Source: an uncultured Pseudomonadales bacterium (GTDB taxonomy: Bacteria > Patescibacteriota > Microgenomatia > UBA1400 > MFAQ01). From it: a stretch of DNA of 64,000 nt. The stretch covers positions 10,411 through 74,410 of the forward strand of contig CAZGSP010000039.1 in assembly GCA_964528565.1 (NCBI GenBank), in the 5' to 3' direction. Below, one piece after another: positions 58,009 through 64,000 of the stretch (positions are counted from its first letter, which is position 1; each line of letters starts with the position of its first letter). The notes under the pieces are model-generated. The model saw nothing but the letters and a program-made list of their open reading frames with translations, was not told the origin of the DNA and ran no database searches. Position numbers and translations under genes: made by a program.

Positions 58009-59649
58009 CTATTCTAATCCAGATGACGATTTTTCTGACTTGTAGATAGACACAAGTGTATTCGAATATATCAAGGGATAGCCAAATTTTTCAAAATTGG
58101 CTGATGAGGATGCATAGATGTATTTTATCCCATATTCGGAAATGATGTTTTCAATAGAGATTACATCGGTGCCGGACAGGAAAAAAGATTCCTGGACCGA
58201 CTCCCTTTTGGTGCCATCAATGCCCAGCAACCATGGTATTATACCGCCGGTAAAAAACGTCCTTCTCTCGGCGAGGGCCGATACTTTAGTTTTTTTGTTG
58301 TCAAAAATCGGATCAACCATGACGATCGCATCTTTGCCGGAATTTATTTTTAGATAGTCCAGAGCCATGATTTCTTCCTTGGGAATCACATATTCATGGA
58401 ATTTACCGGAGTTAAAGAAGTCGTGACCTAGAGAGTAAATAACCAAGGGTGATAGAACGAATAAAAGAAGCAGACCGTATTTATTTTTGGCTAAGAAAAC
58501 CCCCAAAAGAAATCCTAGGAAAATAACAGCAACCTGTCCAAATTGAACCGCATTAAATGGATCCGGTTGCGGAGTAATCACCAGGGGTAGGGACAGGGAA
58601 ACTAAGATACAAAGACCAAGAAAAATATTTTCTTTGAATGATCTTTTGAACGATTTGATTAAATATATCAAACCTAATAATTTGATCCAAAAATTGCCCA
58701 AAATATAAATGAATATTTTTTCCATTTCCATCTGAGCGAGCCGAGGCCAATTATTTTTTGATTGATAGTGTAAGTATTTCAGGTAAAAACCATTCAAGCT
58801 AAACCTCTCCGGATCTTCAACCATCTTGGTCAGGAGCCAGCCCGGTCTAAAAGTGAGAGGTGCATTATGACTAAAACCTGTCTTATCGCTGATTGAGAAA
58901 AAGATAATACCCGACAGAATAATGAGTAAGATGGCGGGAAAGATGTTTTTATATTTATTTTTTTCGATTTGAAGTAGACAGACAACACCAAAGGCAACGA
59001 CCATCGGTAAGGCAAAAAATATTTTGACTCCAAATAGAAGAGACAAAGTAATCGCGGCAAGATAACCGTATTTTATTGATTTGGATGATATCCATTGAAG
59101 GACTAAATAAGTACCCAGAATAATCAGGATATATCCAATACCGGTATGTAAATTGATTAGCTGGTCGTAAGGCTGGTCTAGTATGAAGGCGTTGCCGCTC
59201 CAATCCGAACCCTTTATAAACAATGGTTTAATAAAAGCTGCCGAACCAAAAAATAAAGTAGTAATGACACATATCACAGACCAAAAATCGTTTAGAGAAA
59301 ATTTCTGGGCTAACTTAAAAATGAGAAATACCAATAAAAAGGTAACCGATAGTGAACCTATTTGAAAGTAAGTAATAGCAATCGGAATACCGGAAAGAAG
59401 GCTGATCGTGCCCCAGAGAGCATCGCTGAAATAATGATAATTTTTTAGAGGAATTCCACTCATTAACGGAAAAGTTGGGGGGATTTGCTTCGTCGTCTCC
59501 ACCGCTAAACTGAGATGCCAAAGATTGTCTCCGCTGCCATTTATGAGCATCGTACCGTTCGGAAGAAGCCTACTAAGAAGCAAGGGAGAGGTGAGAATAA
59601 CCGCAAAGATTAGAAGAAATAATAGAACTATTATTCTTGCTTTTCCCAT
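58009..59649 (-). CDS. Multi-pass membrane protein, probable GT-C fold
   Basis: GDNLWHLSL, YHYF, N..QF, VSALAERR and YGIKYIY motifs; paralogue of the gene at 63227. Confidence 0.6.
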   Translation of the reverse strand: MGKARIIVLLFLLIFAVILTSPLLLSRLLPNGTMLINGSGDNLWHLSLAVETTKQIPPTFPLMSGIPLKNYHYFSDALWGTISLLSGIPIAITYFQIGSLSVTFLLVFLIFKLAQKFSLNDFWSVICVITTLFFGSAAFIKPLFIKGSDWSGNAFILDQPYDQLINLHTGIGYILIILGTYLVLQWISSKSIKYGYLAAITLSLLFGVKIFFALPMVVAFGVVCLLQIEKNKYKNIFPAILLIILSGIIFFSISDKTGFSHNAPLTFRPGWLLTKMVEDPERFSLNGFYLKYLHYQSKNNWPRLAQMEMEKIFIYILGNFWIKLLGLIYLIKSFKRSFKENIFLGLCILVSLSLPLVITPQPDPFNAVQFGQVAVIFLGFLLGVFLAKNKYGLLLLFVLSPLVIYSLGHDFFNSGKFHEYVIPKEEIMALDYLKINSGKDAIVMVDPIFDNKKTKVSALAERRTFFTGGIIPWLLGIDGTKRESVQESFFLSGTDVISIENIISEYGIKYIYASSSANFEKFGYPLIYSNTLVSIYKSEKSSSGLE

Positions 59650-60434
59650 TCGGAAATTATTTGGCGGTCGATGTTATCGTAAGTATCTTTTAAAGAAGGC
59701 TTTCTTTGCATCTCCCAAAGACGCTCGTAGGTAACGAACTTACTGAACATCTGGTAGATGATCTCGATCCAGCCCTCGGTGCCGTCCCGCCATAACCCTT
59801 GTCGGACACACCGGTACCAGAACTCGGAAAACATAATGCGGATAAAACGCCAACCGGCCATAGGCGGGTGATGGGCTGAAAGAAGCATTTGGGCTTCGTA
59901 TTTGGACCAGACTAGGGTGTTCGGGAGTTTTTCGTCGATATTTTTATGAGAAAGGTGGACCATCTGTTGTTTGAGCTTACCTACCGGGCCATTGATCTTC
60001 GGCTGTTCGTGAAGCTTGCCTTCCCAACGGACGAGTGCGGAACGCTTCATAAGACGGAGGACCCGGGGATCTCCCCAGTGACCCAGATGTTTCCCTAGAA
60101 AGACTTCGTAGCGGCTAATGGTGTAGGCGGCGTAGTCCGGATTTTGAATGGTGGTCAGAATTTCTCTGGCGAGCTTGACCGGGATCCTTTCGTCGGAGTC
60201 CAGATAGAGGAGCCACTCCCCTTTGGCCGCCTTGGCGCCGTCGTTGCGCCACTTGGAAAAACTATCGGTAGTGGTGTGGACGATCTTAACCCCCATTTGG
60301 CGACAAATATCCAGAGTCCCGTCGGTAGAGCCCGTATCTACGGCAATTATTTCGTCGGCAAATTGAGAAGATTTGATCGCCGGAATGATCTCGTTTTTGA
60401 CGTTGCGAGAAAGAATGATGATAGATAGTTTCAT
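59631..60434 (-). CDS. GT2 glycosyltransferase (WaaE/KdtX-like)
   Basis: VDTGSTDGT, FSKWRN, WLLYLDSDER, LHEQP and WRDGTEG motifs. The real start is the ATG at 60434 (MKLSIII). Confidence 0.9.
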   Translation of the reverse strand: MKLSIIILSRNVKNEIIPAIKSSQFADEIIAVDTGSTDGTLDICRQMGVKIVHTTTDSFSKWRNDGAKAAKGEWLLYLDSDERIPVKLAREILTTIQNPDYAAYTISRYEVFLGKHLGHWGDPRVLRLMKRSALVRWEGKLHEQPKINGPVGKLKQQMVHLSHKNIDEKLPNTLVWSKYEAQMLLSAHHPPMAGWRFIRIMFSEFWYRCVRQGLWRDGTEGWIEIIYQMFSKFVTYERLWEMQRKPSLKDTYDNIDRQIISEWEKQE

Positions 60435-60435
60435 A

Positions 60436-61365
60436 TTATTGTTTTCCGGGTACGGATACCTTTTTGTTCCAGCTACCCCAGCCAAAATTCCGGGTGAAGA
60501 AGTCCCTGACGGCGATTTTCTGAGCCGGAGTACCGATAAGTAATTTTTTGACCGCCTCGCGGATGAGAGCAAACTTGGTGCGGGTCCCGGCATAGGTAGT
60601 GCCAAAGAGGAGTCTGTTCCTTGTCAGAAAATAATCGTTTAAGGGCGATCCAATACCCGAGCTCTGGGCCACTTTGTGCCAAAGCTTAATTTGGGGATCG
60701 ATGACCAATTTAAGTCCGGCTTTTTTGACGCGCATACAAAGATCGGAGTCTTCGAAATAAAGACAGTAGCGTTCATCAAAAAGACCTACATTTTCCAAAA
60801 CACTTCTTCTCACGATAAATAAACAGCCGGTAATAAAGTCCGTAGTCCTGATGCCGTCGAACTGCCCTCTGTCCACCTCATCGACACCGAGATGGGTGGC
60901 GTAGACATTGTTCCAGTCGTGTTTGCCTCCGGCGTACCAGATGACTTTACCCAAGTCGGCCGGTAGGTAATTTTCCTTGAACTCGAAGCCTTTGGCAAAA
61001 TAAATGAGTCCACCGACAACGCCGACACCGGTGTCGCTAATGGGAGAGGACAAAATGTTTTTGACTAAGTCTTTGGGAACCACCGTGTCGTTATTGATGA
61101 GAACCACGATGTCGACCTTGTCCTTGAGAGCGCGTTTGAAGCCGATGTTGTTCCCGGCGGCAAAACCCACGTTTCCGGGTGAGTCCAAGTAGACGGTGTG
61201 GGGGTATTTGACCAGGATTTTCCGGAGACTTTCCGAGCAAGAGTTATCCACACAGTAAGTAACTATTTCGACACCTTTGGGAAGGGAGTTTTCCTCCAGT
61301 TGAGTGACGACTCCGATCGTATCTTCGTCACTGTGAAAGTTAACCGTAATAAAGCCAATTTTCAT
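60436..61365 (-). CDS. GT2 glycosyltransferase (RfbF/WbbL-like)
   Basis: NVGFAAGNN, LINNDT, TGC, FDERYCLYFEDSD, WHK and RNRL motifs. Confidence 0.9.
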   Translation of the reverse strand: MKIGFITVNFHSDEDTIGVVTQLEENSLPKGVEIVTYCVDNSCSESLRKILVKYPHTVYLDSPGNVGFAAGNNIGFKRALKDKVDIVVLINNDTVVPKDLVKNILSSPISDTGVGVVGGLIYFAKGFEFKENYLPADLGKVIWYAGGKHDWNNVYATHLGVDEVDRGQFDGIRTTDFITGCLFIVRRSVLENVGLFDERYCLYFEDSDLCMRVKKAGLKLVIDPQIKLWHKVAQSSGIGSPLNDYFLTRNRLLFGTTYAGTRTKFALIREAVKKLLIGTPAQKIAVRDFFTRNFGWGSWNKKVSVPGKQ

Positions 61366-61372
61366 TGACTTA

Positions 61373-61378
61373 ATTATA
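61373..61378 (-). promoter_or_regulatory. -10 box (TATAAT) 7 nt before ATG 61365
   Basis: Minus strand GGT-TATAAT-TAAGTCA-ATG. Confidence 0.55.
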
Positions 61379-61408
61379 ACCTAAGCATAGGCAGTGAACA
61401 CGAATGAG

Positions 61409-62005
61409 CTATTTTGATCTAAAGTACTCTTCTCCTTCTTCCAGACTCTCTTTTATTTCTGCAGGATCGATACCGAGAGCCACCATGGAGGCGTTGTCGG
61501 TAGGTAAAATGAGGGCTCTTTGTTTCCAAAACCTGACCGATTCTTCATACTCCGGCGTCCCGGGGGTGAGACTTGGGTCGCTGGGCTCGCGTCTGGCGCA
61601 CGGACCCCAATAAGCGGTGTAGAGCTCAAATTTATCAGCCTGACGTTTCAAAACTATGGTCATCAAGTTTGTCTCCAGCTCTTTCCCTCCGACCACAAAA
61701 CGGGTGTACCAGGTACGGGGCTTGCGTTTGGCAAAAACCACTTTATCACCTTCGTTGATCGGCACACAGATCGAACTTCCGGGGATCCCTTCGGTTTCCA
61801 CTCCAAGGTGGGCAATCCCGTCTTTGTCGACCGATAGAGTGGCCGAGTCTATTTTTGACAACGCAGGCCCGATGGCCTCGTGGATATCTGGGTGGGTATA
61901 GTAGTGAGACTCCGGGGTGACAAAAACCTCTTCTCCGGATCCGAGGAATCCAATGGTTTGGGCAGTGTCCGCCTCTCCGGCTTTGGTTGTCTCAGGTGAA
62001 TTCAC
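61409..62005 (-). CDS. Hypothetical soluble protein
   Basis: 198 aa ORF filling the gap between genes. GTG start with GGTATAAT 6 nt upstream. Motif-like segments FAKRKPR..TRFV, LYTAYWG...REP.D and FWKQRAL. Confidence 0.7.
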   Translation of the reverse strand: MNSPETTKAGEADTAQTIGFLGSGEEVFVTPESHYYTHPDIHEAIGPALSKIDSATLSVDKDGIAHLGVETEGIPGSSICVPINEGDKVVFAKRKPRTWYTRFVVGGKELETNLMTIVLKRQADKFELYTAYWGPCARREPSDPSLTPGTPEYEESVRFWKQRALILPTDNASMVALGIDPAEIKESLEEGEEYFRSK

Positions 62006-62050
62006 GGAGTAATTATACCTCTATATCCGCCATAAATCTCTTGAGGTGTC

Positions 62051-62290
62051 CTACAATCTTTGAGGCAACTGGAGGTGAGCCTCGATTTTGGTTATCCGTT
62101 TTTCGTGCCCCATGTACTCGTGGTCAAAGAAATCAATCGTACCATCCAGATCTTTTTGAATTTTATTTAGCTTCTTGTGGATGGGTTTTAGCTTTTCTTC
62201 TAGTTTTTGCTCAAGCTTTTCTTCTACAACCAGCTCAACTTCCTCTCTAATTATGGTTCTGAGTTTGGAGAATTCTTGGTCAGTGATCAT
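62051..62290 (-). CDS. Small coiled-coil protein
   Basis: 79 aa with heptad-like EEKLEQKLEEKL and RITKIEAHL. TGTTATACT lies 6 nt upstream of the ATG. Confidence 0.7.
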   Translation of the reverse strand: MITDQEFSKLRTIIREEVELVVEEKLEQKLEEKLKPIHKKLNKIQKDLDGTIDFFDHEYMGHEKRITKIEAHLQLPQRL

Positions 62291-62296
62291 AATTCC

Positions 62297-62305
62297 AGTA
62301 TAACA
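62297..62305 (-). promoter_or_regulatory. Extended -10 promoter 6 nt before ATG 62290
   Basis: Minus strand TGT-TATACT-GGAATT-ATG. Confidence 0.6.
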
Positions 62306-62309
62306 ATTA

Positions 62310-63224
62310 TCAAAGCAATTTTCGTTTTAATTTGAGAAAGAAGCTTTCGGTTTTTGACTCGGAATTTTCGAGTTTCGAGGTCAGAAACCAGTAGCGGAAC
62401 TCTTTGAATTTTTCCCGGAAACCGGCTTGCCAAATAGGAGTGAACTCTCTTTCGTTGCGGGGTTTGCTTCCTTCCGCTTGCCAAACCTTGAGATAGACAA
62501 GCAAAATGGAGAAAAATTGAAGCAAAGCGACCACCAGTCCGTGAAGACCGTCTTTGTAGCCTTCACCGGCAAAGAAACGGGAGAGAAACTCTCCGGTGGG
62601 TTTTTTGATCAGATCGGCCGGGTCGAACTTATAACCCGAGTCGATAAGCTCTTTGGACTGCTGACCGGAGTAGCGCAGTGCCCTCAGGAAATATTCGTCG
62701 ATCGTGCGGTAATGATGGTGCTCCAGTGCTTGGCCCACTTCTTCTTCCAGATTGATGCCCGTACCATAGGTTATCGGGACCGAATGAATTTCGTCTTGCC
62801 ATTCGACCGAGCCTTTTTTAAAAAAGCGGATGTTGAAGTCCGGCCACCAGCGGGAGTGCCGGAGCCATTGACCGAATACAAGATTTTTTCGCGGGACGCG
62901 GACAAAATCAACTTCATTTTTGTCGGCAATTTCGATCAACTTGGCGGCTAAAGTTCTCGGAACCCGTTCATCCGCGTCGACAACAAATATCCAGTCACCT
63001 AAAGCCTTCCTGATAGCATAATTCCGGCCGGGTTCGACGTAACCTACCGCTTTGTGATCGTAGATGCGGTCGGTGAATTGCTTGGCGATTTCCTTGGTGT
63101 TATCTTCCGACTCCATATCGACCACGACAATTTCATCACAAAATCCGAGAGACTTGAGACAGTCAAAAATGTTTTCCGATTCGTTCCGGGTATTGACGAC
63201 GGCAGAAATTTTTACTTTGGCCAT
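62310..63224 (-). CDS. GT2 glycosyltransferase (WaaE/KdtX-like)
   Basis: TRNESE, VDMESED, WIFVVDADER, PRKN, WWPD..IRFF and GYKDGLHG motifs. Confidence 0.9.
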   Translation of the reverse strand: MAKVKISAVVNTRNESENIFDCLKSLGFCDEIVVVDMESEDNTKEIAKQFTDRIYDHKAVGYVEPGRNYAIRKALGDWIFVVDADERVPRTLAAKLIEIADKNEVDFVRVPRKNLVFGQWLRHSRWWPDFNIRFFKKGSVEWQDEIHSVPITYGTGINLEEEVGQALEHHHYRTIDEYFLRALRYSGQQSKELIDSGYKFDPADLIKKPTGEFLSRFFAGEGYKDGLHGLVVALLQFFSILLVYLKVWQAEGSKPRNEREFTPIWQAGFREKFKEFRYWFLTSKLENSESKTESFFLKLKRKLL

Positions 63225-63226
63225 AA

Positions 63227-64000
63227 TTAATTATATCTGTATACTTTTATTTCACCGGAGTCAAAGATCGTCTCCAAATTCAGATCAATTGGCGCCAGTT
63301 TAATTTTTTGAAGGCGGGTTTCATAAACATATTTAATCTGGTTTTTTTGCAGAAACGCGATCCCCCACTCTTTGTCCTCCGTATCATAAAAACGCTGAAT
63401 GTCTCTCGCCCTACTAATATAATTGAAGCCGGTAATGTCCAGATTGAGGATGTCGGACAAGAACTCCGGCTGGCCGGAAAGGGCTGAGATGTAAGCGGTG
63501 GAGACATAAGAGTAGAGGGGTTTGGGAGTGGAGACGCGGCTTGAGGCGGGTACGCTAAAAAGCGGGGACAAGACAATCCCCCTGGGTTGGTCTCTCAGAG
63601 TGTCCAACGCCCGGAGCTCGGTGAAACTAACCCGTGAGGCAGAGAAATAACCGATGTAGTCTTTGAGGGTTCCGACCGAAGTAACGGTAGCCAACAAAAG
63701 CAGGAACAGGATCAGGATAGGTCTAAGGCGCACTATATATTTGGCCATAAAGATCCCCAGAAAGAAAAGGGCGTAGTACATGAACTGGATGGTGTTCCAG
63801 GGATTTACATTTTGGACAAATAATAAGGGCAGGAGTAAACCGAAAGCGATGATCCACCGGACCAGAGATTCCGATAACCCGGAGCTTTTGGTTTTGATCA
63901 TTTCAAAAAAGCCCAGGAAACGAAGGCCCAGGTTGCCCAAAAGGAAAACGACGAGAGCAAAAAGATTGATGGCACTTAATTTGAGGAAGCTGCCCGAAGC
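63227..64000 (-). CDS. Multi-pass membrane protein, probable GT-C fold; C-terminal part only, extends beyond the window
   Basis: GNLGLR, WNTIQF, ISALSG and IKYVY match 58009-59649 (GNFWIK, FNAVQF, VSALAE, IKYIY). The frame appears open to the window edge. Confidence 0.6.
   Translation of the reverse strand, partial: ASGSFLKLSAINLFALVVFLLGNLGLRFLGFFEMIKTKSSGLSESLVRWIIAFGLLLPLLFVQNVNPWNTIQFMYYALFFLGIFMAKYIVRLRPILILFLLLLATVTSVGTLKDYIGYFSASRVSFTELRALDTLRDQPRGIVLSPLFSVPASSRVSTPKPLYSYVSTAYISALSGQPEFLSDILNLDITGFNYISRARDIQRFYDTEDKEWGIAFLQKNQIKYVYETRLQKIKLAPIDLNLETIFDSGEIKVYRYN

Noticed and set aside
60434-60605. N-terminal extensions in the ORF track (also at 27645, 52261, 57000, 30951 and 4481)
   Set aside because: They overlap neighbouring genes. 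Downstream starts fit the domain boundaries, coupling overlaps or -10 spacing better.
62427-62951. 174 aa + strand ORF
   Set aside because: It is antisense to a clear GT2 gene, so it is a shadow ORF.
1-64000. tRNA, rRNA, CRISPR array, IS or prophage
   Set aside because: Intergenic gaps are at most about 140 bp. I saw no cloverleaf, repeat-spacer pattern, transposase or phage gene.

Overview
The window is almost entirely one very large cell-surface glycosylation island, mostly on the minus strand, with many genes joined by ATGA or TAATG overlaps. It holds about 20 multi-pass membrane glycosyltransferase-like (GT-C) genes: a tandem array of six ArnT/PMT-like paralogues plus two half-size copies, a dispersed 'DQGRD' subfamily, and PIG-V-like, GT87-like, YfhO-like and AftD/YfhO-like members. 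It also holds 12 GT2 genes, about 4 GT4-type genes, a flippase, a polyprenol-phosphate-sugar synthase and GDP-fucose synthase. A tailoring block adds two B12-binding radical SAM enzymes, a ferredoxin, four methyltransferases and an AsnB-type amidotransferase. The most unusual element is an oppositely oriented five-gene cassette at 11.66-16.03 kb: a KdsC-like HAD phosphatase, an SDH-L shikimate-dehydrogenase-like protein, a nucleotidyltransferase-kinase fusion, a GatZ/KbaZ-like protein and a cupin. It looks like an uncharacterised pathway for an activated unusual sugar. Many genes have a -10 box 6-7 nt before the start codon, which suggests leaderless transcription. Gene content and style suggest a Patescibacteria/CPR (Microgenomates-like) genome, but this is inference. 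I saw no rRNA, tRNA, CRISPR array or IS element. All family calls come from motif recognition by eye, not from database searches.
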